IMG/VR virus record: IMGVR_UViG_3300037421_000106
Origin: a virus
Lineage: Duplodnaviria; Heunggongvirae; Uroviricota; Caudoviricetes
Reading direction: 5' to 3' (one strand)
Length of the DNA: 64,000 nt
Positions 27,051 through 36,469 of this stretch are shown piece by piece. The position numbers were made by a program, and so were the translations under genes. The notes beneath the pieces are model-generated. The model worked only from the letters and a program-made list of their open reading frames with translations. It did no database searches and had not been told where the DNA came from. The stretch's first letter is position 1. The number at the start of each line of letters is the position of its first letter.

Positions 27051-29196
27051 ATGGCTTCCTAAGGTGACCGGTTCCGAGCCAGGTCTTGAACTCGTTCATC
27101 GACACGCGATGTACGGACATGATGCGGTCGACGCCCTGCAGATCACTGTAGCTGGACACGTAGGCCGCACACGCGCGTGCCTGCGATGAGAACCCGAGCA
27201 TGCACTTGTGCTCATCAAAAAATCCGGTGCGCAGATCCTTCTGGTTGATGATGTACACGGTGTCCGCGCCGCGATCGGGCCCGAGGAAGCAATCCATTCC
27301 TTCGTCCGGACCTTCGGCCGAACCCGTGCCAATTACATAACCATAATCGGCCGCAAGAATAGCGCGCCATGGATTTTGTGGATCCCTAGAAACGCGTTCG
27401 GTGCCGCGCTGATTCTCGATGTGCAGTTTCAAACCATGAAACTCACACGTCACGGGGCCGCGCGCAGCATCATCGAACGGCCGCGCACCAGGCATCACCC
27501 CACTCGGCATGACATCGGGCTCGGGCAAAACGTTCGGCGGGTAGCCAGGCTCGCTGTACGGAATAGCGTGTCTCTTGTTGGTCGCGCCCGCGGAACCTGT
27601 CCATGCGGCGTCGCGATTCTTTTGATTCGGAGCGGCTGGCTTTTTGCCGGCCGTCGGCCCTCCAGGAACGGGCGGCTCATCTTCCATGCCCGGCATGACG
27701 ATCCCCGCGGCCGGAACCGGCACGTCAGCGGCCGCTTCGATGTCCTCCTCCGTGATGTTTGTCCACACGCCAGTTTCGTGCGATTGCTGCTTGAGCTCCT
27801 GCATCGCGGTCTTCGTGGACACGGTGCCCTTTTCTTCGGCGGCCAGGACGGTCTCGGTGATGGTCTTGGCGATAGTGGCCTTTTCGAGCTCGGTCGGTTG
27901 CCACAGGGGCTTGAACGCGATGCTCATCTCTTCATTCCACTTGATCCCGAGCGATTGCGCCATCAGCTGATACACGATCGTCATCGGATACAGCAGATCG
28001 GCGATTTGGCGCGCCTTGATCATGTCGTAGTAGTTGCGCATGTCCGATTCACCCGTGGCGTTCATGCCGGCGGGTGACGTACCGAACAGTTTCGTCTGCG
28101 GCATCTGCAGGGCGCCCGACAATTGCTGCCGGAACTCTTGCAGAATCTCGGCCAGCCCCGCGAACGCGGCGTGCTCATGACCTTCGTATTCGTCTTCCAG
28201 GTCCATCAGGGTGACGCCCTCGATCCCCTGCTGCGAACGCATCACTTCGAGCAGCACGCGCACGCCTTCCATCGCGACATCATTCGACCCGACTAGCTCT
28301 TTCAGGCCCTTCAACTTGTACGTGCGAATGAAAGACTTGTCGATCAGCTGCGCGGCACCGCTCGATCCGATATCAAATGCATTGATTCGGTCCTGAATCG
28401 TTTCGAGCACGGACAGGCCCCAGAGATTCTCCTGGATCGCTTGCCAGTACGGAAGCTCGTTCCCGAGCAATCGGATCACGCGCGAATGATGAATCTTCAT
28501 GCGCGGCAGGGCCGGCGCATCCGCAGTCACGCGGTAGAACATCGGCTTGCCGAATTGCGGGGAGGCGAAGTCCGTGACCAGCAATTCCAGGCTCGGGTCG
28601 ACCATCCAACGATCGAGCGGAAAAATTCCCTTGAACTGGTCTTTGCCGACGGTCTCGATCCTCAGCGGCGTGGAGGGGTCCTGATTGGCGACGATGATGA
28701 ATCCGAGGCACCCGCCGTACAGGCGCGACCACTTAAGGACGGAGCGGACGTTTGTCCAAATATTAAGTTTCGTGGCCTCGGCATCCATCTTACGGATGTC
28801 TTTCGGCTTCATCGGGCCGTTAAGAATGACCCCTTGGCGAGTCATGTCTTCCGGAATCACGTCGATGGCATTCTTGCAGACGAACTGCCCGCGGTACATC
28901 CACTCGACCAGCGTGCGGATCCGGGTCAGCGGGTTGAAACTTGAACTGGAGCTTGAAAGGATGTTCTGCGCGCCGAGCCCGAGCCGGTGCGTGTAGTTGA
29001 CGAACGAGTCCTGGAATTTGCCGCCGGCCGTCGCTTTCGCCATCGGGGTAACGGCGTCCATGCCGATACTCTCACGAGCCTTGCTGTCGGCGACTCTCGC
29101 GGAGCGTGCTACCTGAGTGACACCCACTCGTTTTGGCGCGCCGGCACCGTTACGCTTCCCGCCCCATCCGTTCGCCATCTTGAAACCTCGATTCAA
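27037..29196 (-). CDS. Portal protein with Pro-rich linker and ~190-aa C-terminal extension domain
   Basis: 719 aa, upstream of Mu-F-like gene in canonical terminase-portal-MuF order; residues ~500-560 Pro-rich (PVPAAGIVMPGMEDEPPVPGGPTAGKKPAAPN...YPPNVLPEPDVMPSGVMPG) followed by a separate globular domain (CEFHGLKLHIENQRG...GMDCFLGPDRGADTVYIINQKD). Confidence 0.55.
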   Translation of the reverse strand: MNRGFKMANGWGGKRNGAGAPKRVGVTQVARSARVADSKARESIGMDAVTPMAKATAGGKFQDSFVNYTHRLGLGAQNILSSSSSSFNPLTRIRTLVEWMYRGQFVCKNAIDVIPEDMTRQGVILNGPMKPKDIRKMDAEATKLNIWTNVRSVLKWSRLYGGCLGFIIVANQDPSTPLRIETVGKDQFKGIFPLDRWMVDPSLELLVTDFASPQFGKPMFYRVTADAPALPRMKIHHSRVIRLLGNELPYWQAIQENLWGLSVLETIQDRINAFDIGSSGAAQLIDKSFIRTYKLKGLKELVGSNDVAMEGVRVLLEVMRSQQGIEGVTLMDLEDEYEGHEHAAFAGLAEILQEFRQQLSGALQMPQTKLFGTSPAGMNATGESDMRNYYDMIKARQIADLLYPMTIVYQLMAQSLGIKWNEEMSIAFKPLWQPTELEKATIAKTITETVLAAEEKGTVSTKTAMQELKQQSHETGVWTNITEEDIEAAADVPVPAAGIVMPGMEDEPPVPGGPTAGKKPAAPNQKNRDAAWTGSAGATNKRHAIPYSEPGYPPNVLPEPDVMPSGVMPGARPFDDAARGPVTCEFHGLKLHIENQRGTERVSRDPQNPWRAILAADYGYVIGTGSAEGPDEGMDCFLGPDRGADTVYIINQKDLRTGFFDEHKCMLGFSSQARACAAYVSSYSDLQGVDRIMSVHRVSMNEFKTWLGTGHLRKPYGKA

Positions 29197-29221
29197 ATTG
29201 AATCAAGATGGTATCACCGAA

Positions 29222-29458
29222 TCAAGGCATGCAGTGCTGGTCTAGATCTTCGAGGAAGGGTTTCATCAGCCGGGCGAATTTTTCACCATCAAATTCGCCG
29301 GAGGAGGTGCATTGTGTGAATGCTCCGAGAAGAATCTGGGCGCCACAGCTGAAGCCTGTTTTGTACCCTGCGCACGCCGCCTGCCGAGTGGCCAGGCTGG
29401 CATTTTCACATGCCGTCATGGAGAATTCGGCCAACGACCCCGTGAGCGTGCGAATCAT
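29222..29458 (-). CDS. Hypothetical protein
   Basis: 78-aa ORF, accessory island. Confidence 0.3.
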   Translation of the reverse strand: MIRTLTGSLAEFSMTACENASLATRQAACAGYKTGFSCGAQILLGAFTQCTSSGEFDGEKFARLMKPFLEDLDQHCMP

Positions 29459-29721
29459 TTCCGTCCCATATTTCGGACCTTCTTATCGAAGGCTTCAAGA
29501 GTTGGCGCCGGTTGCCGATGGATGCTGTCGGTATCGAGCTTGGCCGCCGGCCGGGTCAAAGTTACGGTCAGACGATCGCCGACGCGCGCCATGTCCACAA
29601 TGATTGTGCTGGCTTCGCCGAGGCCGCCCTGCATACGATACGTGCGGTTGTCCTCGGCGTCAAGCTGGACCGCCGAATCGAGAGACAGCGCCTCGATGCG
29701 GACCAGGCTCATGACGGTCAC
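29455..29721 (-). CDS. Hypothetical protein
   Basis: 88-aa ORF, translationally coupled. Confidence 0.3.
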   Translation of the reverse strand: MTVMSLVRIEALSLDSAVQLDAEDNRTYRMQGGLGEASTIIVDMARVGDRLTVTLTRPAAKLDTDSIHRQPAPTLEAFDKKVRNMGRK

Positions 29722-29915
29722 GCAAACTGACTGGTATTCACGGTCTGCGGATTAAACACCGCAGAAGCACCACCAAGGGCCAGCAACACGTTCGCGACCG
29801 CGTCGGCCGCATTGTCCGTGTTCAGCGTGACGACGACCTGGGTGATGGTCTGCGCGCCGCTGAGCGCGTTCGTGACGTTGACCGGAATGGTCATGGTATG
29901 GGAAGCGACGGGCAT
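29718..29915 (-). CDS. Hypothetical protein
   Basis: 65-aa ORF. Confidence 0.3.
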   Translation of the reverse strand: MPVASHTMTIPVNVTNALSGAQTITQVVVTLNTDNAADAVANVLLALGGASAVFNPQTVNTSQFA

Positions 29916-30023
29916 GTGATTCTCCTAAGGAATAGGTGGAGTAGCGTGATAACCCACGCCGGTCACCTTACAACTCCGGGCAACCTTTCGTTGGTACGCA
30001 CGGGCTCTGTCTGCCGGTCTATT

Positions 30024-30620
30024 CTACGCGATCCTGTGCGTCGGTTGGGGCAGACGTGAGCTTGCGCCCAGAACCGGCCTCTGATCGAATGCTTCGCCGG
30101 CATTGGGTGCCACAATGACGGTGGTACCCGGATCGGCCAACACCGGGGGCGCGATCTCGACTGTGCCACCACCCGCCCGCACAACCTCGCCAGTGCGCGG
30201 ATCGACAGCATGGGGAACGCCAGTCTCGCGTGTCAGGCGACCGGCTTCAACGTCGCCGGCCGGATTAAGCCAGGTGCCGATCTCGACCATTTCACCTTCG
30301 CCATTCTGCGCGAAGCGGCCAGTACCCTTGAAATGTTTCCCCGTAGTTGCCGGGATTTGCGTCACTTGCAAATCCTTCGATTGTAGGATCGGATCTCCGG
30401 CTAGCGCTGATGCCTTCTTAGTGGGGCGCGGCGCGCCGCCACCTGATTCTTTCTTCGAGCGTGGGGCCGTAACGAAATCAAGCGCGGCCTGCAGCTGTTC
30501 ACGCCATACATGGTCATGAGGCGACCCGGGCTCATTTTCGTAGACAAATGACTGCAGCGGATCCATCTGCCCTGTGCGAGCCAGTGCGTCGTTGCATTCA
30601 TCCCAGGTCGGCAGTATCAC
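30024..30620 (-). CDS. Hypothetical protein
   Basis: 198-aa ORF. Confidence 0.35.
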   Translation of the reverse strand: MILPTWDECNDALARTGQMDPLQSFVYENEPGSPHDHVWREQLQAALDFVTAPRSKKESGGGAPRPTKKASALAGDPILQSKDLQVTQIPATTGKHFKGTGRFAQNGEGEMVEIGTWLNPAGDVEAGRLTRETGVPHAVDPRTGEVVRAGGGTVEIAPPVLADPGTTVIVAPNAGEAFDQRPVLGASSRLPQPTHRIA

Positions 30621-31420
30621 TTCGTTCCTCCACGTCGAGCGGCATTCGCGGCCACGATGGTCGGAAGTGCCAAGTCCAGCATGTTTCGACGCTGCGCAGC
30701 CTTACGATCCTCGACTGCCTTGTGATCGCCAAACAGCAGTTGTTTGATTCGCTTCTGGTTGTCGCGCGCGCCGGGAATGTTACTGTCGGGCCGGGCCATG
30801 CGTTCCCAGATCGAACGCTTCGCCGGGTTGTCGACGGGCTCTGGACCTGGATCTGGCAGGTATGGTGCTCGTAGATACGCGATCAGCTCGGGCCTGAAAT
30901 TGTCGATTGCCATGCGGAGCTCGATTGGAATCTGCGATCGCTGCATATTCACGTAGTCGGCATCTGGAAAAGTCGCGGTATCGATCAGTGCGCTGATCTC
31001 TGGCGGTGCGCCAACCCACGGCAGAGGGTTGTCCTTAGGATTCCCGTTCGCCACATCCTTCGGATCAGGAACCATGCGGGTCACCCACGGGGTAATGACC
31101 TTGATCATACCCATTGGGTCCGGATGATCGAGCATGATGGTGATTCCCATCGCGGCCGCAGTACTGATGATCGTTTCGGCGATCGAGGGTTTGGCAGGCT
31201 CGGGAGGCGGTAGATCATCGATCGTGAGCTCTTGCCCACCCCCATCGCGCTCCTCGATGAACTCTATCAGATCCGCGCGACATTTTCGAATCTCTTGCAG
31301 CAGGTCTGCCGGAACCTTACGCTTCGGAGTAGCCGTGAGTTTTCCATCCGTGGGATTGATGCGCAGCTTGACACCGCGCTTTTCGCAGGCCTCTACGATC
31401 TCAGCGGGCTTCACGTTCAA
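30617..31420 (-). CDS. Protein with TubC_N-like N-terminal docking motif
   Basis: N-terminus AEIVEACEKRGVKLRINPTDGKLTATPKRKVPADLLQEIRKCRADLIEFI matches TubC_N pattern (L..GV.L...G.L....P.G.L...L...L..L...L). Confidence 0.35.
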   Translation of the reverse strand: MNVKPAEIVEACEKRGVKLRINPTDGKLTATPKRKVPADLLQEIRKCRADLIEFIEERDGGGQELTIDDLPPPEPAKPSIAETIISTAAAMGITIMLDHPDPMGMIKVITPWVTRMVPDPKDVANGNPKDNPLPWVGAPPEISALIDTATFPDADYVNMQRSQIPIELRMAIDNFRPELIAYLRAPYLPDPGPEPVDNPAKRSIWERMARPDSNIPGARDNQKRIKQLLFGDHKAVEDRKAAQRRNMLDLALPTIVAANAARRGGTK

Positions 31421-31815
31421 TCACCGTCGAAATCGCCGTCGGTATCAAGCACCGGCAGCGGAGGATATTGGACACCACGCACGGCGCCGATTATGGATTC
31501 ACGCGCATTGCTGATCAAAGCCTGCAGTTCGGCCGGCAGCGGCGTCGGAGTGTTGTCGGGTTGGAACGGCATCGTGACCGTCATCGTGGTGAAGTTGTTC
31601 GACAGAATGACATCGCCTCCGAGCGCCCGAATCCAGTCGAGCGCATACTGGCCTTTTGTCACTCGCAAACCTGGCGTACCTCCATTGAACATTCCGTCAG
31701 GGGCCCCATTGGGCTCGAACACGTTAGGCGGGTACGGCATATCAGGCTCCGTGCAAATCAGGCAGTTGAAACATGAACCGGAATTGCTCAGCATTGTCAG
31801 GATCACACTCACCAA
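31417..31815 (-). CDS. Hypothetical protein (C-terminus DTDGDFDGD)
   Basis: ORF with overlapping neighbours; start uncertain. Confidence 0.3.
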   Translation of the reverse strand: MVSVILTMLSNSGSCFNCLICTEPDMPYPPNVFEPNGAPDGMFNGGTPGLRVTKGQYALDWIRALGGDVILSNNFTTMTVTMPFQPDNTPTPLPAELQALISNARESIIGAVRGVQYPPLPVLDTDGDFDGD

Positions 31816-32137
31816 GGACCGCTTCTCGCACCATTCGCGGAGTCACTTCGTCATCCATGTCCCATAACGAATGAACGGTTTCGCGCACGCGAGACACGTC
31901 TTCTTTGTCTCGGACGTATGTAAACCAACGACCGTCTTCGAACATCTTCCGCAGACCTTCGTCCGCTTCGTCGACCGACCAACCCTGTATTTTCAGAGTC
32001 ATGAATCGTTCGGCGTCGGATGCATACGATACACATTCACCCGGCTGCAGGGTATGTGCGTGCGAGCCGCAGGACACTAAAACAAACATGCTACCGAGAA
32101 TCGATGCTGTCCAGAAGGCTCGCGTCAATACGACCAT
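31742..32137 (-). CDS. Putative lipoprotein
   Basis: MVVLTRAFWTASILGSMFVLVSC-GS signal peptide with lipobox (LVSC). Confidence 0.4.
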   Translation of the reverse strand: MVVLTRAFWTASILGSMFVLVSCGSHAHTLQPGECVSYASDAERFMTLKIQGWSVDEADEGLRKMFEDGRWFTYVRDKEDVSRVRETVHSLWDMDDEVTPRMVREAVLGECDPDNAEQFRFMFQLPDLHGA

Positions 32138-32138
32138 G

Positions 32139-32522
32139 TCAATCCTTATTCGGCACACCGTGCGATTGGCGCAACGACTCCATCAACCGCTCTTTGCAGT
32201 TGCTCTCCACTATATCATGGACCTGTTTCGCCGACAGCGTAAGATTACCGTAAATCCAATTCAGGGTATTGATTGCCTGCTGATCGTCGTCGTCGTCTTT
32301 GTAGATGCACGTCAGCCGATGAGCGGGATCGCGACAGATCTCCAGAGTCGCCGCCATCACACCGAGTTGCATCTTGAGGGACGCGTTCTTGACGTCGAAC
32401 GCTTCCTGCTTCGCGTCCCACGCGAACGCGTGGCATTCGGTTTCGTTCATCGTGTGGGCAACGGCGGCCCCGGCAACAGCATAGATCGCGAGCATGATCG
32501 AAAACGACAGGCTTCTCATCAC
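32139..32522 (-). CDS. Secreted protein (signal peptide)
   Basis: MMRSLSFSIMLAIYAVAGAAVA-HT signal peptide; Cys-containing, poly-Asp stretch. Confidence 0.4.
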   Translation of the reverse strand: MMRSLSFSIMLAIYAVAGAAVAHTMNETECHAFAWDAKQEAFDVKNASLKMQLGVMAATLEICRDPAHRLTCIYKDDDDDQQAINTLNWIYGNLTLSAKQVHDIVESNCKERLMESLRQSHGVPNKD

Positions 32523-33193
32523 AGGGTCCTTTCAAATGCGGCCACAGCCGCGGGAACGTATGGGCGAATCAGGTCGAGCATGGCTTCGGCGTAGACCCGT
32601 ATTTCAAACTGCGCATGCTCGTGCAAACGAAGCCTAAGGAAACCGAACAAGTTGTGCAGATCGACGGTCGCGAAGTGCTTGCTGTACGTGTTCAGTGGCA
32701 GCACGCCGCGCGCGAGCTCGCGGGGGCAACCGAGCGACAGGAGTTTTCTGTAGCTCCGGAACGATTCCACACACGCGCATCGGATCTCGTCCTGTATCTC
32801 AGCCGCATTCTCATTTACCTCGTCAGTCCGCATCTGCTTGTTGTGTTTCGACTGCGTCGTGATTTGGTCGAGCTCCGGCACGTAGAAACACTCTTCGAGC
32901 TCGCTGTAGCGTCCGGACTGCTCGTTGTACTTCCAGGTGCGGTGCCGATGCCACTGGCGGAAGTTGAAGATCGGAGCCTTCGCCTCGAAACAGAAGATCA
33001 CATGCTCGAATGGCGACGTGTGCTTGTTCTCCATCAGGTAAGCGATCAGCTTCTCGTCCGATCCGTCGTTGCGCGGCGCGGCGTTGTACGACACCCGGGC
33101 CGCGCGAACGATCATCTGGTCGTCGCCCATGTGGTCGACCAGGCGCACCATGCCGTGATCCAGCACGGCGCGCCAATTGAGGATAGGCTCGCT
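32519..33193 (-). CDS. thyX: Flavin-dependent thymidylate synthase ThyX
   Basis: ThyX signature RHRTWKYNEQSGRY (RHR-x7-S-x-RY) plus C-terminal ...RELARGVLPLNTYS; start taken at MSEPIL (upstream part of ORF is overlap). Confidence 0.75.
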   Translation of the reverse strand, partial: SEPILNWRAVLDHGMVRLVDHMGDDQMIVRAARVSYNAAPRNDGSDEKLIAYLMENKHTSPFEHVIFCFEAKAPIFNFRQWHRHRTWKYNEQSGRYSELEECFYVPELDQITTQSKHNKQMRTDEVNENAAEIQDEIRCACVESFRSYRKLLSLGCPRELARGVLPLNTYSKHFATVDLHNLFGFLRLRLHEHAQFEIRVYAEAMLDLIRPYVPAAVAAFERTL

Positions 33194-33633
33194 CATTTCG
33201 TCAGGTACGCCAGGGTCGACTCGATCGCGGCAACGTGCGCCGCGGGTACGAAGATCATCTTGCCGTCGGCCGGCGCCGGGCTCTGGCCAGGTTCGAAACC
33301 TGCGGCATCTCGCACCGCGGTCCAAAGTGCCGTGGCATCCACGGGGCGATCGGCGGTCCACACGGCCGCGTAGTAGAGTGCAGTCACGGCGGCGAGCAGT
33401 GCCCCACCGTCGTTCTCGTTGACATACTCGGTCAGCAGCACTATGGCGCGCGCCATGTACGACAGGTTCTCCGAATACAGACCTTCTCGATAGAATCCAT
33501 CGATCGACAGCCGCATCTTCTCGACTAGTTGCTCGACAGGCATCGCCACTATATGGGGAAACTCTTTCGGAGGCGCCGTTTCAATGGTCGCGACCAACTT
33601 GCTCTTCGGTGTCATGCTACCTCCATAGTGCAT
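33193..33633 (-). CDS. Hypothetical protein
   Basis: 146-aa ORF coupled to thyX. Confidence 0.35.
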   Translation of the reverse strand: MHYGGSMTPKSKLVATIETAPPKEFPHIVAMPVEQLVEKMRLSIDGFYREGLYSENLSYMARAIVLLTEYVNENDGGALLAAVTALYYAAVWTADRPVDATALWTAVRDAAGFEPGQSPAPADGKMIFVPAAHVAAIESTLAYLTK

Positions 33634-33932
33634 TGCAGGGGATGTCTGTGATTGCTTGCCGTGCCACGAACTTGGTAGACTCGAGTCTCGGCAATTTGAT
33701 GAGAATATACACCGGCCACGGCACGCCCTTCAGTATGAACCTTGAGCATGATATCGACCGCTTCGAAAGCGGTCTTGCCGAAGATCTGGATCAACAACTC
33801 AACCACGAACTCGGCCGGTGTGATGTCATCATTGATCAGAATCACAGCCCACAGTGGGGGCGGGGCTGGGGGTTGGATTTGACTGATCATACCCGGAACG
33901 ATTTCGCCGGGCACTGCGTAGGTGGCGCTCAT
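33612..33932 (-). CDS. clpS: ClpS-like ATP-dependent Clp protease adaptor
   Basis: WAVILINDDITPAEFVVELLIQIFGKTAFEAVDIMLKVHTEGRAVAGVYSHQIAETRVYQV...HPLQCTMEV aligns by eye with E. coli ClpS core ([24 protein letters not shown]...[25 protein letters not shown]...HPLLCTLE). Confidence 0.65.
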   Translation of the reverse strand: MSATYAVPGEIVPGMISQIQPPAPPPLWAVILINDDITPAEFVVELLIQIFGKTAFEAVDIMLKVHTEGRAVAGVYSHQIAETRVYQVRGTASNHRHPLQCTMEVA

Positions 33933-33933
33933 T

Positions 33934-34092
33934 TCATTCCCCACTGAGACGCGTATAGGCGCCCGCACGTTCGAGCTCTTCGATCTCTTCCTCGACTTCT
34001 TCGAGCGTCTCGCGATGACCGAGCCCAGTACGTAACGCCACGCTGACGCGAACCAGAATACCCCGCAGTCGGTTGCGATCCTCGGGAGTCAT
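33934..34092 (-). CDS. Small hypothetical protein
   Basis: short ORF, start at internal Met estimated. Confidence 0.2.
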   Translation of the reverse strand: MTPEDRNRLRGILVRVSVALRTGLGHRETLEEVEEEIEELERAGAYTRLSGE

Positions 34093-34298
34093 CGCGTCGT
34101 GTCCCGAGTGATCAACAGATCCGGGAAGTGACCCCATGGATGCACACTCATACCGAACGCGTAGTTACGGCATTGCTCCATGTCAATGAAATCTTTCGAA
34201 TGACTAACTTCCAGTCGTCCGTCGTACCAAACCTCCCGGCGACTGCTGGTACAGTTGTCGAACGTACCGGTTGGATGCTTCGGTTTCGTGGCCATCAC
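34089..34298 (-). CDS. Hypothetical protein
   Basis: 69-aa ORF. Confidence 0.3.
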   Translation of the reverse strand: MMATKPKHPTGTFDNCTSSRREVWYDGRLEVSHSKDFIDMEQCRNYAFGMSVHPWGHFPDLLITRDTTR

Positions 34299-34405
34299 TC
34301 AGTATCCTTCCAGTTGAATTCGCTCGGAGTCACTCGAACGAACATCCATGCAAGCAGGACGCCGAACATGACCAGTAATGATAGGAACACTTGATCGGGA
34401 GTCAT

Positions 34406-34603
34406 TCAGTCCTCCACGAATTGCCGGATCTCGGCGTCGAATTGGGTGTCGCGCTCGCGGGCGCCCAGGATGTGCTTGGCCTCTTCGAGAGACTTGAACT
34501 TGTCGCGCGTGCGACGGCCGGCGCGCTCGGGCGGGTTGAGCATGTTGCGGATGTTCCGCTCGACCGCTTCTTCGTACCGCTGCTGTCGGGTCTTAGCCAT
34601 CAC
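34406..34603 (-). CDS. Hypothetical protein
   Basis: 65-aa basic ORF. Confidence 0.3.
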   Translation of the reverse strand: MMAKTRQQRYEEAVERNIRNMLNPPERAGRRTRDKFKSLEEAKHILGARERDTQFDAEIRQFVED

Positions 34604-34959
34604 TTCCCCTTGGCGAGCCGACTGACACGGGCGCGTTCTTTCTTCGCCACCTTCAGCAGATCGCTCCAGACGTCCTGCTCGATGCGTATGCGCAACCGCT
34701 CGATGAAATTCATCGCATTGACGGCCTGCTCCATGACCATCACCGGGCGGGCGGGTTTGTTGCCGATGTCGAACCAGGCGAGCAGAACGTCGCGCAGGGC
34801 GTCGATCTCGCGGACATTCAGGCGGATGTTTCTGATTGCGGTCGCGGTGAGTCTGTTGCGGTCCGGCATGTATTGATACAGATCAGAATCGACCGACTTC
34901 ATAGGCGTTGCCTCCATCGAGTGAACAGTCATTATGGCAGTAAATGACGGTCGTGTCAA
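34600..34959 (-). CDS. Hypothetical protein
   Basis: 119-aa ORF. Confidence 0.3.
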   Translation of the reverse strand: MTRPSFTAIMTVHSMEATPMKSVDSDLYQYMPDRNRLTATAIRNIRLNVREIDALRDVLLAWFDIGNKPARPVMVMEQAVNAMNFIERLRIRIEQDVWSDLLKVAKKERARVSRLAKGK

Positions 34960-34967
34960 TAAATATC

Positions 34968-35099
34968 GTCGTCATTCTGATCAGCAATCTGCCGGATCAG
35001 ATCCAGGATCCAACAGCCGGCCGCCACGAGGGCTGCAGCGCACATTCCTGCAGTAACTGCTTGACAAACCGTCAGATCGTCGATCATCAGAATTTCCTC
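34968..35099 (-). CDS. Small membrane protein (43 aa), not in ORF track
   Basis: GAGGAA SD then MIDDLTVCQAVTAGMCAAALVAAGCWILDLIRQIADQNDDDIY*; one TM segment. Confidence 0.3.
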
Positions 35100-35236
35100 A
35101 AAACGAACATCAGATGATCGTACGCTTCGCGCGGAGTGGATCCTCTACGCGCAACCCATCCTAGCCGGCAATACCATACACCGCACTCGCGCCAAAGACG
35201 AGGCTTATGAGCCATTCGAATCACTCCGCGAAAAAA

Positions 35237-35833
35237 TTAAAACTCGGAACGAAGCGACAGGCTGAAAACGCCCCATCCCAATCCTTGGTACTGCGTCTGT
35301 ACCGAACCAACGTGGACATTCTCCGTGCGCAAGAGACGATAGTTGAAAATCAATTCCGCCACGGGAGTGCGATATCCGATCCCCGCCAGCGGTGACACAA
35401 GGGTTTGAGTGTTGTCCACTCGTAGACCCTGATGCGGCTTGACCGTCCCATCGGTCCAATCGGGGATATTCATCGCGAATCCCGAACGCGCGACGCCCAC
35501 CCCGATCTGCGCGAACGCCGGGCCCCAGTGAGGCTCGTACGCCGCCCAAATCCCATACGGATGCTCTACCCCGTACCAGTGGCTGTACGGAACACGCCCG
35601 TCACGACAGGCCGGCTCGTCTGCGCCACATGCGATCGCAGACGATGTCATCCTCCCCAGGCGCTCTGCCGACACGCTCCAGTTTGAGCCGACCAGCGTGA
35701 CACCATATGCCACACCTTCGTTGCGAAACGAATGAGGCTTCTCGGCTTGGTACCACGTACCATTCGGAGGATTCGTTTCGTAGGAGCCGCCGAGCAGCAG
35801 CTGCAGACATGCGGTAAACAGGCAATTCGTCAT
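35237..35833 (-). CDS. Outer-membrane beta-barrel protein (moron-like)
   Basis: Signal peptide MTNCLFTACLQLLLGG; aromatic-rich alternating pattern; C-terminal ...LSLRSEF ending in Phe (OMP C-terminal signature). Confidence 0.45.
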   Translation of the reverse strand: MTNCLFTACLQLLLGGSYETNPPNGTWYQAEKPHSFRNEGVAYGVTLVGSNWSVSAERLGRMTSSAIACGADEPACRDGRVPYSHWYGVEHPYGIWAAYEPHWGPAFAQIGVGVARSGFAMNIPDWTDGTVKPHQGLRVDNTQTLVSPLAGIGYRTPVAELIFNYRLLRTENVHVGSVQTQYQGLGWGVFSLSLRSEF

Positions 35834-36018
35834 TGCGTGGACTCCCTAATTGCTTGACGGGCCAGGTCGAGAATCTCGCCCGGAGTTATAGTTGGGCCGC
35901 CGAACGGACAGCGCGCGTGGCGTGCCTTGATCCATTCGAGATGCTTCCGGTCGAGTGCAGCGAGAAGCACAACGGCTTGCGCAGGACTGAGTGTCGGAAC
36001 CCCAACGGTGTTGAACAT
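35830..36018 (-). CDS. Hypothetical protein
   Basis: 62-aa ORF. Confidence 0.3.
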   Translation of the reverse strand: MFNTVGVPTLSPAQAVVLLAALDRKHLEWIKARHARCPFGGPTITPGEILDLARQAIRESTQ

Positions 36019-36033
36019 GTCGTTACCCCCGAT

Positions 36034-36190
36034 TCATACGTGAACCCACAGAATGACTGCGCAGAGTACTGCAACAAGCGCGTAGTCGAACGCCGCGCCG
36101 TGATGAGCGTATTTCCCGTACGAGAATTCCATGAGGGCGCGCAGAGTATAAATTGCGCATGTGAAGTAAAGCAGCCAGTGCACCTTCATC
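36034..36190 (-). CDS. Small membrane protein (52 aa), not in ORF track
   Basis: MKVHWLLYFTCAIYTLRALMEFSYGKYAHHGAAFDYALVAVLCAVILWVHV*; two hydrophobic segments. Confidence 0.3.
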
Positions 36191-36436
36191 TCCGGTTGCG
36201 GATCCAATGCAAGTGATGATGCTGGTCAAGTGATTCGGCGCGGCGCGACCGCCTGCATTGGCCTATGAACGGTGTGCCCGGCAAAGCCAGGTATTCCACC
36301 GAAAGTTCGGCACGTCGGGCGGGTCACAGGTAATTAGCGCCTCGCCGCTTCGACTCGCAACCGGCGGCGCCGCCGGCCCTATCACTTGAACAGCATCATC
36401 GAGAGCGAGACTGTAGCACATGATCCGATCTGATGC

Positions 36437-36466
36437 AAGAAAAAAATAGGCCCCGAAGGGCCTATT
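36437..36466 (-). terminator. Rho-independent terminator (minus strand)
   Basis: AATAGGCCC-CGAA-GGGCCTATT hairpin followed on minus strand by TTTTTTTCTT, immediately after stop of 36470-37333. Confidence 0.7.
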
Positions 36467-36469
36467 AGG

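Noticed and set aside
31905-32594. 229-aa plus-strand ORF
   Set aside because: Antisense to two signal-peptide genes and start of thyX
32615-33373. 252-aa plus-strand ORF
   Set aside because: Antisense to thyX, which carries the unambiguous RHR-x7-S-x-RY signature on the minus strand
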